64,000 nt of DNA. Source: an uncultured delta proteobacterium (GTDB lineage Bacteria; Desulfobacterota; Binatia; UBA9968). The position numbers were made by a program, and so were the translations under genes. The notes under the pieces are model-generated. The model made no database searches and was not told where the DNA came from. It worked only from the letters and a program-made list of their open reading frames with translations. The stretch is from positions 800,001-864,000 of the forward strand of contig CAVUVW010000013.1 of NCBI GenBank assembly GCA_963745035.1, in the 5' to 3' direction. Shown in pieces: positions 46,372 to 57,020 of the stretch (the first letter of the stretch is position 1; each line of letters starts with the position of its first letter).

Positions 46372-47506
46372 GTGATCCGAATTTGGCGAATGCTGATTCT
46401 CGCCTTCTGTCTCTGCCCCCTCTCGGCGTGGGCCGAAGAGGAGCCTGAGATCGAGGCGCCGACCGACGTGCCGGCCAGCGTCGATCTCTATCCGTTTTCG
46501 TTTTCACGCGTCGACGGCGTGATGCGCGATTTCAATCGGCCGTCGAAAACAACTTTTGCCTTGCAGTTCGGCCCCAAACTGCTGGAGTTGCGCGCCAGCT
46601 ACTGGGAAAAGCGCCAGGATGGGAGCCTTTCGGTCGGGAACTCAGACGATCCCAACGCAAGCAGATGGGGCAGATACTTCGATCTCTTCGCCGTGATCCT
46701 CTCAATTCGACGGCAAGTTGGTCGGCGAGAGCGAGATCGCTTACAGCACTTTGGGATTTTCGCCGCTCGCCGAGCAGCAGCCGCTGATGGCACGGCTCGG
46801 CGTCAATGGAAAGTGGGGGAAAGCTGGCTATGGGCTGTCGTACCGGTCGTTCGGCCAGGGATTTGTTCCGTTGGCCGGCGCGCGAGTCGAGCATGATCGC
46901 GACGAGAGCCAGTTTTGGGGTGAATACGATTTTGGCCTTTTCCGCTTGCGCGGCGCCGCCGGCGAAACCTTTGAGAAGGATTCGTTTACACAACAACTGA
47001 CCCTCACCAGAACCGCCGCCACCTCATTCCAGGTCAACAAACCTTCCTGGAGTGTGCTGCTCTCCTCCAGCTATTCGTCGATCGGGCGCACCCAGCCAGT
47101 GAGCGCGAAGAGCCTTGCGGTCGCCAACGGCCTAGCGCTGATTTACCGCCCCGTACATTTGCTGACCTTCGAGCCCAACGTAAATTTCAAACACGAATGG
47201 GAGCCCGGCGCGGGACTGAAAACCGACACGCCATCGGCCGGCTTTGTCTTAGCCTACACGCCGCTGCGCGAATTCCAACTGGTCGGGCGCGCATCTTTCA
47301 GCAAGAACGTGAGCGAAGACCCGCTGCGCGACGCGTCCATCGTTAGCACCACTGCCGGGCTGAACTGGAAGCTCGGCAAATCTTTTTTCGGCGAACAGTC
47401 GTTGTCGCTGCAAGTGGAATACAAAAACGAATCCAGACCGACCCTGCCGGAAAACCAGCAGACCCATCTCACCGGAACGGTGCAGTTCAAAATCGCCGGT
47501 TTCTAG
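46372..47506 (+). CDS. Putative outer-membrane beta-barrel protein (frameshift near 46700)
   Basis: Signal peptide ending LSAWA; alternating amphipathic beta-strands; C-terminal aromatic residue (VQFKIAGF). Joined from ORFs 46372-46896 and 46718-47506. Confidence 0.6.
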
Positions 47507-47627
47507 AAAGACCCCCGCCCGCTACGCCTTGCGTGAAGCACGTGCCTCGCGGGAGCTCATCCGCGTGCGATCAACTAAGTTCGTTCACCGCGATTGTGCC
47601 CGAGTTTAAACGGGTGGAACTGAATGA

Positions 47628-47654
47628 ACCCCTTTTCGGGTTTTTCGAAGGGGC
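47628..47654. terminator. Hairpin between convergent genes
   Basis: CCCCTTTTCG-GGTTTTT-CGAAGGGG imperfect stem. Confidence 0.35.
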
Positions 47655-47686
47655 GAAAGATTTCAACTCTATGAAACGGAAATGAA

Positions 47687-48083
47687 TCAAACCAAAAGAT
47701 CCATTCCATACTGCCGGAAGTGAGGATCGAAGCCGAACGCCGATCGAATCGCAAGACGCTCCATGACTGCGAAACTCGTGGCGTCTGTGTAAGAAAAAGT
47801 CTTGTCAGTGTACTTGCGGATGATTTCTTTTGCCTTCTCCTCGTCTCTCGGGTTGACCGGCTCTATCGGCCAAACGTGAGCCATAAGCCAACGCCAAGCG
47901 ATATCCGCGCCCAAGCGGGACAACAACAACGCGTGCGACTCAGCGACGATAAAATTGGTTAGCAAGGGCGTCAGGCTCCGCCGATGAAGCGCGCGGTAGT
48001 ATCGCGACAGCTTTGCGATGGTAAGCATCGTCCGCATCCAAAAGCGCGTATATGGCGCTCGTGTCCACTAAGACTTGCGCCAT
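47687..48083 (-). CDS. vapC: PIN-domain (VapC-like) toxin (frameshift near 48000)
   Basis: ATG 48083 gives MAQVLVDTSAIYALLDADDAYH, continuing in the 47687 frame as TNFIVAESHALL...SYTDATSFAVM...AFGFDPHF. Confidence 0.88.
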
Positions 48084-48337
48084 CTCTTCCGCTCCCCCTC
48101 CGCCAAGTAGCGGTCATGATGCGCAGACACGTCTTTTTTCCCGCCAGAACCTCCGCCCACTAGGTCCCAAATCGGATCTTGTGGTCCCAACGCTTTCGCG
48201 TGGACGACCTTACTCAATTTCAGATATTCTCCTTCGCTGTCCACCACCAGGTAATCGTCCTTGCCGATACCCAGCTGCTGACGCAAGCTTACCGGGAGAG
48301 TGATCTGACCCTTTTCAGTAACCTTGACGATTGGCAT
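48068..48337 (-). CDS. AbrB/MazE-family antitoxin
   Basis: VKVTEKGQITLPVSLRQQLGI; C-terminal DVSAHHDRYL; overlaps the PIN gene. Confidence 0.9.
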   Translation of the reverse strand: MPIVKVTEKGQITLPVSLRQQLGIGKDDYLVVDSEGEYLKLSKVVHAKALGPQDPIWDLVGGGSGGKKDVSAHHDRYLAEGERKRWRKS

Positions 48338-48441
48338 ATCTGGCTCCTTGTAAGAAATTCCTACCTAAGGTGTACCTTACGTCCATTCAGGTCAAGGCAT
48401 TTCGAAGAGCAGCCACGATTAACCGCGTTCCGAACCTAGAG

Positions 48442-48960
48442 TCAGAGACTCAACTTCTTGAGCGCCTCTTCCAACTGCGCGAGCGCTTCTTTCTCCAGAG
48501 CCGCAGCGGCCTTGGCGTCTTTCAGGCTGGCTTTCGCCGTCTCGCCGATCTTGTCCAACTGTTCTTTCAGCTCGGGCGTTTGAGCGGCGAAATCTCGTAG
48601 CTCGCGATTTTTGAGCGCTTCGAGGGTGGCGTTCACTACCGACTCGCTCGTGTCCACGGAGCGGCCGATGACGTCGGCGGATTCTTTGACGGCGATCTTC
48701 AGATGATCGTCCAGTTCGGCGCCGACTCCTGCGGTCTGCGGCGCGCGCACGGCAGGATTGTCGGGCAAGTCGGGGATGACGATGATCGTTCCGGGCGGAA
48801 CTTTAGAGAGATCCTTGAGGTGGGGATTGGCCGCAAGCAGGGCCGCGGTAGTGCGCTTGGTGGTTTCAGCCGTGCCCTGCCCTTTGATTTCGAAAATGCG
48901 AGTGGTCAAATCCGCCGCGCTGGTTTCGCCTTTGGATACTGCGAATCTCATAACCTCCAA
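48442..48960 (-). CDS. eCIS-associated protein: LysM/Tail-X-like N-terminus plus coiled coil
   Basis: ALLAANPHL...VPPGTIIVIP resembles the LysM/gpX motif; helical charged C-terminus; directly downstream of the DUF6519 gene. Confidence 0.6.
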   Translation of the reverse strand: MEVMRFAVSKGETSAADLTTRIFEIKGQGTAETTKRTTAALLAANPHLKDLSKVPPGTIIVIPDLPDNPAVRAPQTAGVGAELDDHLKIAVKESADVIGRSVDTSESVVNATLEALKNRELRDFAAQTPELKEQLDKIGETAKASLKDAKAAAALEKEALAQLEEALKKLSL

Positions 48961-49016
48961 CCTTTCTTCAGCCGGCCGACGACTGCTCGAACCGTGCCTC
49001 CGAGTTCTCTCATTTA

Positions 49017-49089
49017 GTCATTCCGGCGCACGCCGGAATCCAGGCGATTCTTCGACCCGAGCCTGGATGCCGGTCTTCACCGGCATGAC
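49017..49089. repeat. REP-like double palindrome
   Basis: GTCATTCCGGCGCACGCCGGAATCCAGG...CCTGGATGCCGGTCTTCACCGGCATGAC. Confidence 0.75.
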
Positions 49090-49151
49090 GAATTCTCGCC
49101 CCGAAAATCTTTCGATGCAACCGTGCTTGTTTCAACTCCCGGCCGAAAAAC

Positions 49152-52100
49152 TCACGCCCCCTGCACGTTCAAAGGCGCCCACGGCGCGGCCAGCACCGCT
49201 CCGTTGATCTCGATCGCGTTGGTCGTGATGTTGCCGAGCACAGTAAACGGTCCGCGGTCCGGCAGCTTGAGCGCCACGGTGGTTCTCCCCTGCGTGCCTT
49301 GCACCTGGTTCGAGCTCACGATCGCGCTCGCCGCCGCGCTTTGAATCGTCGGCTGCTCTCGGCCGCGCAGCAAGCAGCGATTGTCGCTGATCGCGCAGGC
49401 GCCGGTCACCGCGATCATCACGGCTTCGGCGACGCCGTAGGCTTCGAACCGATTGTTGCGCAGGGTAACCGACTCGCGCCCCGCCGCGCGCGCCACCAGA
49501 CGCCCAGGAGAAAGTAAGAAGGCCATGTTGCTCCGCGCCGCGAAAAAGGTCGTGATCCCGCGCAGGCGCGGCGGCGCCGCCTGGGCGCCGGAAATCAACA
49601 CGGCGTACCATTCGGCGCTGTCGATCGTCTGGCTGACCGCCGCGCTCCGGCGCACGGTGTTGCCGCTCACGTCCAGCTCTTCGAATACGCCGATGCTTTC
49701 AACGCCAGCGGAGGTCTGGGCGCTGCCTTCGGCCGGGCCGATATCGACGATTTCGTTGCCGGCGACCCGCACCTCGCTGGAAGCGGCGAGTTGCACACCG
49801 ACGCAGCGATGGGTCGGCGCCTGCAAGCCGACACCGGAAATCGTGTTGTTCACCACTTCGCCGCGCGCGGCGTCGAACAGGCGCACACCGACTACCGGGA
49901 CGATCTCGTTGTCCGGCCGCGGCCGGATGTTAGCGATCCGGTTGTTTTCGACGGTGATCACCTGCGCCGAACTCTTATCGCCCATCACGATTCCGCCGCC
50001 CACAGCGCCGTCGATGAAGTTGTTCTTGATCATCGCCGACTTGACGATGGTTTCCATGACGATGCCGATACCCGCGGCATTGGTGACGCGATTGGCGATC
50101 ACGTGGCACTGATCGATGCCGGTCGTGTCCATTCCTGTAGTGAGCACGATGGCGTCGTTGCCGGTTCCTTGATCGCTGAAGCTGATGCTGTTTGCGCTAA
50201 CACGCGTGCCGCTGGTGCCAATCACGATGCCCCGACCGCCGGCGCGGAGCTCATTGCCGTGCACATCGAGACTCGATCCGGCGAGCACAAATCCGGTGGC
50301 AACGATGCCGCCTTGGGCGCTGTCGTTGATGAAATTTCCCGCGATGCGGGTTTCAAGGGCATGCAAACTCACGCCGACGAAACTGACGCCGCGCCGGCTG
50401 CAGAGCAGCATGTTGTCTTCGATCGTGAGCGCGAGAGTTCCTAACGGCGCCTGCTGCGCGGCGAGCACTGCGCCAGTGGCGGCCCTCACGGCGACGTTAC
50501 CGATGCCGACCGGCCCGAGCAGCGAATTTTCTCGGATCGTCGTGCCGACGAGAATGCCGCCGAGGCCGACGACTGCGCTGCTCGATCCGCTGACCCCGAT
50601 CCGCAGGCCGGCGCAGCGCTGCAACGTGACGCTGTTGCTGTTGGTGAAGAAAATTGCTGGCAGCGGATCACTCTCGACCGCCGCCGTGACCAGCATCAAT
50701 TTCTCAATCGTGACGCCGGTGGAATCGCCGACGACGATCGCCGGGCCACGTCCCGCGTAGACGAGGTTGGTCTGCGCGCCTTGACCGCGCAGGGTCAGCG
50801 AGCGAGCGCCGCTTATGTTGATCGGCACCGGCGCCTCACCCAAGTTGTAAGTTCCGACGCCGAGACAGATCGTGCCGCCGCCGGCGGCCTTCACCTGCTC
50901 CACCGCCATTTGAATCGTCAGTGTGCCTTGATTGTGCGACTCGGCGCTGACGCACACCGTGCATTCGCAGCCCTCGCCGGCAACTTCCGGCGGCCAGAGG
51001 GTGCGGCAATCGGTCACCGAGTTGGGAAACGAAACCAAGCCGAGACGGCAAAAATGATGATGCACGCCGAGCGGCGGTGCTTCTTTCAGCTCTTCCACCG
51101 ACGCATCCGCGGTGCGCGCCGCAAAGTTCCAGTAGTCGCCAATTTTGTATTTGCCGCCCGCCGGCGTATTGAAAGTGATCTGCACGCCGTCTTCGAGCAC
51201 GATCGACATGCCCGCCGCCGGCACGGGAATCACCCCTTTGCTTCCCGGCGCATTGAGATCGACCAGCAAGTTGCCGTTGGTGTCGCGCACTTGGCCGCTC
51301 TGGTCCCAACGCCGCACCCGCGTGTGGCGGGCCGGATCGGTGTTGCCCTGCGCATCCGTGGCGAAAACGTTGGCGGGAATCGACGTCATCAAAGTCAAAA
51401 TGCGGTTGGCGTCATCCACGCTTTTGATCTGCGCCAGCACGCCTTGCGGCTGGGGGCTCACGCCCGGTTGGCGCGCGAACTCCAGCCAATCGTCGGTGAT
51501 CTCGATCCAGTCGCCGATTTTGAAATGCATGACCGAATCGCGTCCGACGCTTGCGACGGTGAGTTTGTCCAAGGCAGTGATCGCGGTGACACTCGTTGCC
51601 ACGGAAGCATTGTCGCGCGACCATTTGAATGTCGCGAGACCGTTGGTCCCGCCGTCATGGATCTCCACCCGATACAAACGGTTCTCCAAACCGCGATAGC
51701 CGCCGCTCGGCGGCAGCAGGCAGGGATCGGTGTTGGTCGGCACGCCGACGGCCTTGCTGCTGAGCCTGCCGTCCGAAGGCGCGATGAGACTGTTCCATGC
51801 TTCGAGAGGCGACCCGCAGGTCGCGCCCGAGCCGACGTTGGGGAGAATTTTTACCTGCCAGACGGTTTGCCAGCGTGCCGTCGTATCGACGCCCACCGCT
51901 TTTTCGACGAGGTCCGGATCTTCGAGAAACGTCACCTCGCGCTGCCAGACGTCGACGTAGACGAGATGCGGCCCGCCGGTCGTCGGCGCAGGCGCAACTA
52001 CACTCACATTGGGAAAATACGGCTGTTCGTTGTAAGGCACGGCCAGGGTACCGCGCTGCTCGGCGAGCACCGCATCGAACTCCACCGGCGCTCTGCCGTG

Positions 52101-52367
52101 ATTCTCCGCGAGCAAGCCGTCGACGTAAATCCGGCCGCGTCCGATGGTGAGGCCGCCGGCGGCGATTTGAATACGGAAACCATCGGGAGTTTCTTTCGGC
52201 ACGGTGCCTTTGCCGATGATGTCAACGGTCTCGGCGCGCCAGCGGCGATCGAGCAGCGCCGCGAGTTCGTTCCAATCGGAATCGAGCTGCACCCGCCCCT
52301 GCTGCATCAGCACCGCAGCAAAATCGTTCTTCGGATCGAACCGTACCCGGCTATAATCACCGCTCAT
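49152..52367 (-). CDS. eCIS DUF6519 protein with right-handed beta-helix (tail spike/fibre-like)
   Basis: MSGDYSR...QQGRVQLDSDWNE, GRIYVDGLLAEN, GYRGLENRLYRVEIH, FKWSRDNAS, GDYWNFAAR; C-terminal parallel beta-helix repeats (xIxxNxI). Confidence 0.9.
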   Translation of the reverse strand: MSGDYSRVRFDPKNDFAAVLMQQGRVQLDSDWNELAALLDRRWRAETVDIIGKGTVPKETPDGFRIQIAAGGLTIGRGRIYVDGLLAENHGRAPVEFDAVLAEQRGTLAVPYNEQPYFPNVSVVAPAPTTGGPHLVYVDVWQREVTFLEDPDLVEKAVGVDTTARWQTVWQVKILPNVGSGATCGSPLEAWNSLIAPSDGRLSSKAVGVPTNTDPCLLPPSGGYRGLENRLYRVEIHDGGTNGLATFKWSRDNASVATSVTAITALDKLTVASVGRDSVMHFKIGDWIEITDDWLEFARQPGVSPQPQGVLAQIKSVDDANRILTLMTSIPANVFATDAQGNTDPARHTRVRRWDQSGQVRDTNGNLLVDLNAPGSKGVIPVPAAGMSIVLEDGVQITFNTPAGGKYKIGDYWNFAARTADASVEELKEAPPLGVHHHFCRLGLVSFPNSVTDCRTLWPPEVAGEGCECTVCVSAESHNQGTLTIQMAVEQVKAAGGGTICLGVGTYNLGEAPVPINISGARSLTLRGQGAQTNLVYAGRGPAIVVGDSTGVTIEKLMLVTAAVESDPLPAIFFTNSNSVTLQRCAGLRIGVSGSSSAVVGLGGILVGTTIRENSLLGPVGIGNVAVRAATGAVLAAQQAPLGTLALTIEDNMLLCSRRGVSFVGVSLHALETRIAGNFINDSAQGGIVATGFVLAGSSLDVHGNELRAGGRGIVIGTSGTRVSANSISFSDQGTGNDAIVLTTGMDTTGIDQCHVIANRVTNAAGIGIVMETIVKSAMIKNNFIDGAVGGGIVMGDKSSAQVITVENNRIANIRPRPDNEIVPVVGVRLFDAARGEVVNNTISGVGLQAPTHRCVGVQLAASSEVRVAGNEIVDIGPAEGSAQTSAGVESIGVFEELDVSGNTVRRSAAVSQTIDSAEWYAVLISGAQAAPPRLRGITTFFAARSNMAFLLSPGRLVARAAGRESVTLRNNRFEAYGVAEAVMIAVTGACAISDNRCLLRGREQPTIQSAAASAIVSSNQVQGTQGRTTVALKLPDRGPFTVLGNITTNAIEINGAVLAAPWAPLNVQGA

Positions 52368-52406
52368 GAGTGTCTCCCTGCTTGCTCGTTTAATGCAGGA
52401 ATCATC

Positions 52407-52478
52407 TCACCGCTGAGACGCTGAGGACACGGAGACAATAGTCTAAAACACTCTGCGACCTCTGTGCCTCTGCGGTGA
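52407..52478. repeat. Gene-less 9-mer-periodic inverted repeat (CGCAGAG/CACAGAG units)
   Basis: TCACCGCTGAGACGCTGAGGACACGGAG...CTCTGCGACCTCTGTGCCTCTGCGGTGA between the tail gene and DUF6519. Confidence 0.75.
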
Positions 52479-52487
52479 CATCTTCTC

Positions 52488-54549
52488 TTATGTCTCGTAA
52501 AAATCCCCGCCTCCAACCCGAAGCGCAGATATTCTTCCAACCGCACTTTCAAATTGGTTTCCCGCTGGGGCTGAAAAAGATCGTGGAACGCGCCCATCTC
52601 GGACTCGTCGCCCGCGCCGGCGCGGATCTGCGCCGGGCAGGAGCCGCGCAGTTGCGCATAGTCCGGCGCGCCGTAGCGCAGCGAGGAAAAACTCGGCGCG
52701 AGCCAGCTCAACACTTCGGCGCGGATCGCGTTGACCTGCGCCTGCGGAATCGGTCCGTTGGCGGCTTTTTCCGCCGCGTCGATGCGCTGAGCGATCTCGA
52801 GGTCCGGCTGGCAGCGGTAACGGCGCGGCGTCAGCGATCCCGGCGGCACGTAGCTGAAGCGCACGCAGCCGCTCTGCTTTTTCTCCGAGCGCACCGGCGC
52901 GGTCCAGGTGTCGCCTGTCGCGAGCGCGGCGAAGAATATGGAGTTCGAGACCAGCTCGAGCTCCACCGTGCGAACTTTGCCGACGACAGTCGAGTTTTCG
53001 ATCGACACCGTCCCGCCCGCGGTTTCGCGCGCGGCATCAATGCCAGAATAGGCCACCGCCGTCTCGCTCGTCGCATCGACGATCGAGTTACGAATTTTCA
53101 CCTGCGATCCCTCGGCGATCTGCAGCCCGCCGAGGATGCAATGATCGATCTCCACCTCGACGTCGGGTATCGCCACGATCAGGCTCGCCTGCGCCGACGG
53201 CGCCAGAGTGCAGTGGCGCAGATGCAGGCGGCGCAGCTCATTTCCCGGCGCGCTGGCGACGCGCAGCGTGCCGCCAGCAAGCAGCAAACCATTCAACGTG
53301 ACTTCGGCTTGCGCGCCGCCGCTGATGTCGAGCTCGGCTGAAAGGATGACCGTCGGGCGATGCTCGTTGGCGGCGCGGAGCTCGATGCGCTTGCCCGGCA
53401 TCGACGGCGATCGCCGGCGTTTCCTCGTAGCGTCCGCTGTCGGCGATCTCGACCACGCCGCCGGCTTGCACCGCGTCGAGCGCGTCTTGAATCGTCGCGT
53501 GCGGCGCCGGAACAAACTCGATCGGCGTCGCTTGCGCGTCCAAGGTCGCCGCGCGATCGTACTCGCCGCCGCCCATGTCGGCGCTGAAGCCATAGTGAAA
53601 AGTCGCCAGCGGCGGCGCCGCTTGCGGATCGCCGCAGAAAATCCGCCCGAGCACCGGATCGATGGCGACCCGCCCTGCCGGCGGCGTGTGCGCCCAAGCG
53701 CCGCCGCCGGCATCGCTCAAATCGCAAATATTGATCGCCGCGATATCCACGCCGTCGAGCGCCAGGCTTTTCCCTGCGCCGTAATAGCGCGGCAGAGTAC
53801 TGCGCCAGCACCCGCCGGCTGATCGGATCGGGCACGTTGATCGGCTCGGCCAGATGCGTGATCTCGTTTTCCCGCTCCGGCCGGGTGAAAAGCTGCGTGT
53901 CCCGCCCGAGCGGATCGAAGAGAAACCGCTGGGTATCGCCCGGCGCCGCCGGCACGGTGGGTGATCCGCGCAGGCGATAGGCGCCGAGCCGCCAGAGATA
54001 GATCGCGATATTGGGAATATTGTACTTGCCGGCGCCTTGGGCGATCCGCCGCACGTCGATCGTGTGCAGGTTGCGATCGAAGGGCCGGTTCAGACGCGCG
54101 ATCTTTTCCCAATCGCGCAGATTGGGCGCGTAATGGGCTTCCGGGCGAATGTGATTCATGTTTTGCGTCCAGCCCAAAATCTGAAAGCACTCGACCACCC
54201 GCGCCGGCCAACCGGTCACGTCGCGCGCCAGTTGTTCGAGCATGGTCGCGGTGCCCTTGCGCCGGCGAAAGGCGATGGTGTGCGCGACTTCGGCGCGCGG
54301 GCTCGCGACTTTCGGCACCACGCCGTGCAGGCTCCGGTAGCCGATCAGGTCGCCGATGTACGGCACGACCCAATCGCCGCAGGTTTCGATGAATTGATCG
54401 TCGTAAAGCTGATCGAGGTTCTCTTCGAGCACGCCCGCCTGCTCGGCGATCACCGCAAGCAGCTCGCGCAGCGGCCCGCCCTGCTCGGCGTCGCGCGCCC
54501 GATAGATCGCCGGCAAAAGCTCGTACAGTTTCTCCGCGTCGAAGCTCAT
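52488..54549 (-). CDS. eCIS baseplate wedge/phage tail protein I-like (frameshifts near 53790, 53400, 52500)
   Basis: LYELLPAIYRARD, DQLYDDQFIETC, VVPYIGDLIG, RRRKGT, AIDPVLGRI, QSGCVRFSYVP, ESEMGAFH, LEEYLRFGLEAGIF. Confidence 0.88.
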
Positions 54550-57020
54550 GCCATCACTCCCAATTGATCGAGCGGCGCCGGATCCAACGTCAGCAGCTCG
54601 GCGGCCGGCAGTTGGCCGTTGGCCGTGAGCACCGGCAGCTCGGCGAGGAGACGCTGCTGTAAACTCGGCGTCGCGCCGCTGCGGTAGAGTTTGTCGACGT
54701 CCACCGCAATCACGCCGGCAACCGCTTGCACCGCGGCGATCACTTCGCTCAGCATGACCGGCTGGCCGAAGGCGCGCGCAGCGAAGGAAAATTGCTCGCG
54801 CAGCGCCTGTTCCACCGCGGCCAGCACCTTGTCGATCTCGAATTCAGCGGCGATCTTGATATGGCCGGCGAAACGAAAATACGCCGGACGAAACGTCTTG
54901 ACCCGCAGCTCGACGAACGGATCGCCGGCGGCGCGCATCGCTGCGAGCAGATTGTCGAACGTCGCGCTGCCTGGAATCACCGCGGCGCCGTTCGGACCGG
55001 CCACAGTGACCAGCACGCCGCGGCTTCGCCCGTCCCAAGTCCAGGTCGCCAAGGCCTTGGCGATGCCGCCGAAGGCGCGCGCGAAATTTTCATAGTCGCT
55101 GAGCGAAACGATCCGCTCAAGGGTCAATACTTTGAGCGGCGCGTTGGCGCGCGCGTCATCGAGCTGCTCGGGGTCCTGCGCGCCGCCCGCGTCCAGCGGA
55201 TTGGTCACGCCTTTGACACCGAGCGGCCGGCTGAGAAGCATGCTCAATTGGCCGGACTTGACCAAGCCTTCGACGCCGATGCCTTTGCGATACTTGGCGC
55301 GGATATTATTTTGACCGCTCGGCAGCCGCGCGCCGGTAAGGCCGTCGCCGAACTGCACGGTGGTACTGCCGTCATCGGCGCGCCGCGCGATGTACACGTG
55401 GTCTTTGCTTTTCTGTCCGTACAACGTCGGCGCTTCCTGCCAGAGCAGATCGTTGACCCGCACTTCGAGAGTCGATGCCGCGCCGCTGGCGTTGGCTGCG
55501 CTCGTGTAAGTCAACGGCGGCTGGCGCAGCTTGAAGCGTTGAAACTTTTCACTGGCATCGCCGCCGCCGAGAAGTTCCTGGACCGTTTCGCCGTGGGTTC
55601 CCGCGGCGACGTTGGCGTTGAGGGCGAAGCTCGCCCGCGCATAGCTCTTGGCGAGCGCCGGGGTCACCGTGACCGCCGCGCCTTTGACCGAGCTCACTTT
55701 CACCACTTCGTTGATCGCTTCTCCCGTGGCGCTGTCCTTGCCCGACGCCGCGAGCTGTTGTCCGGGAACGAGGCTCCCGGCATCATTCCCAAGCTCAATC
55801 ACCGCGCCACTGATCGGATCGTCGATCGGTTCTTCGGCCATCTCGAGAAACTCACTCTGCGCAAACACCATCGTGTCGCGGTAGTCCGCGCTATCGAATA
55901 AGGTCAAATTCTCATTGGTGTCGAGCTGAATGCGCGTGGTTTTCCCGGTGACCGTGAACTTGGCGCCGGAAGCTTCGGTGACTTTGGACGCCCGGTAGAG
56001 CTCTTGATAGCTCGGCTTGGACAACACCAACCAGCTTCGCTCGACGATCGCCGGATAGGTGGTGTCGAGATCGATGGTCTGACCGGAGATCGTAAAATTC
56101 CAGTCGCTGCCCGGCTGCTGGTTGTAATGGCCGAGAGTCTCGTTAGAGAGCGTCGCCGGATGCGGCGCATTGGCACCGAACAGCGCGGCCCGCTGGCGCA
56201 GCGCGAAAATTTTCGGCTCCACTGCCGGCAGTACCTTATGCGGCGAGGTGGTCCCCAAGCCTTCAGACCATTCGATGCGCGTGCGATTGGCTTCCGCGTA
56301 GGCGCTCACTTCGGTGAGCCGGCGAAAATCCCAACGCTCGCTGCCGGGATCGTTTTCCCGTTCCTTGCCGACGAGCAGAATCGCATCGCCGGGTTTGAGA
56401 TTGGTGGCGATGCCCTTAAGGTAAGCCACCCGGTTGCCGAACTTGGGCACATTGATCCGCGTCATCTTCGGTCTGAGCGCGTTCCACTCGACCCGCGCGG
56501 TGATCTTCTCGATGGTCTCGAAGGTCTGCGGCTTTTCGCCGGGACCGGGAATGCTTTGCACGCGGGTGCCGACGTCGATCACCGTTTCGCGCGGCGCTCC
56601 CGGGGCTTCTTCGAGAGTGAACGCCAGCGCCGCGCTCGCCGCAACGCCGGGATGGAGCTCGTAGCCGATCAGGCGCGCGAGCTCCAATACCGAACGCCGC
56701 TCGGTGGCGGTGCGCAAAAACGATTCGTTGACCAGCCGCTCTTGATAGAAAGTCAGAACGTCGGCGACAACGGCGGCGGCATCGAGCAACGCGATCGTGA
56801 AGTCGTCGTCCGCGCGGGTACGGAGCTCTTTGAGCGCGGGAAACTCGGCGCTCGACAGCGCCGCGAGCATCGACGCTTTGAAAGAGGAATGTGTGCCGGC
56901 GCGATAGGAGACCGCCGACAGGCCAGGACGATTGACCACGACCGCCGGCGTTTCCGCCGCCAGTCCGGCGCAGCAGCCGCAATCGTTGGGATGGCTCGGA
57001 GAAATCGATCCGGCGCTCAC
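54546..57020 (-). CDS. eCIS baseplate J-like protein 2
   Basis: NRPGLSAVSYRAGTH, DVLTFYQER, FLRTATERRSVLELARLIGY, NVAAGTHGET, FGDGLTGARLP, RIVSLSDYENFA. Confidence 0.92.
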   Translation of the reverse strand: MSAGSISPSHPNDCGCCAGLAAETPAVVVNRPGLSAVSYRAGTHSSFKASMLAALSSAEFPALKELRTRADDDFTIALLDAAAVVADVLTFYQERLVNESFLRTATERRSVLELARLIGYELHPGVAASAALAFTLEEAPGAPRETVIDVGTRVQSIPGPGEKPQTFETIEKITARVEWNALRPKMTRINVPKFGNRVAYLKGIATNLKPGDAILLVGKERENDPGSERWDFRRLTEVSAYAEANRTRIEWSEGLGTTSPHKVLPAVEPKIFALRQRAALFGANAPHPATLSNETLGHYNQQPGSDWNFTISGQTIDLDTTYPAIVERSWLVLSKPSYQELYRASKVTEASGAKFTVTGKTTRIQLDTNENLTLFDSADYRDTMVFAQSEFLEMAEEPIDDPISGAVIELGNDAGSLVPGQQLAASGKDSATGEAINEVVKVSSVKGAAVTVTPALAKSYARASFALNANVAAGTHGETVQELLGGGDASEKFQRFKLRQPPLTYTSAANASGAASTLEVRVNDLLWQEAPTLYGQKSKDHVYIARRADDGSTTVQFGDGLTGARLPSGQNNIRAKYRKGIGVEGLVKSGQLSMLLSRPLGVKGVTNPLDAGGAQDPEQLDDARANAPLKVLTLERIVSLSDYENFARAFGGIAKALATWTWDGRSRGVLVTVAGPNGAAVIPGSATFDNLLAAMRAAGDPFVELRVKTFRPAYFRFAGHIKIAAEFEIDKVLAAVEQALREQFSFAARAFGQPVMLSEVIAAVQAVAGVIAVDVDKLYRSGATPSLQQRLLAELPVLTANGQLPAAELLTLDPAPLDQLGVMA

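Noticed and set aside
50781-52424. Long antisense ORFs (also 31508-32902, 29834-31039, 54726-55901 and others)
   Set aside because: They mirror real genes on the opposite strand, as expected for high-GC codon usage, and have no recognisable motifs.
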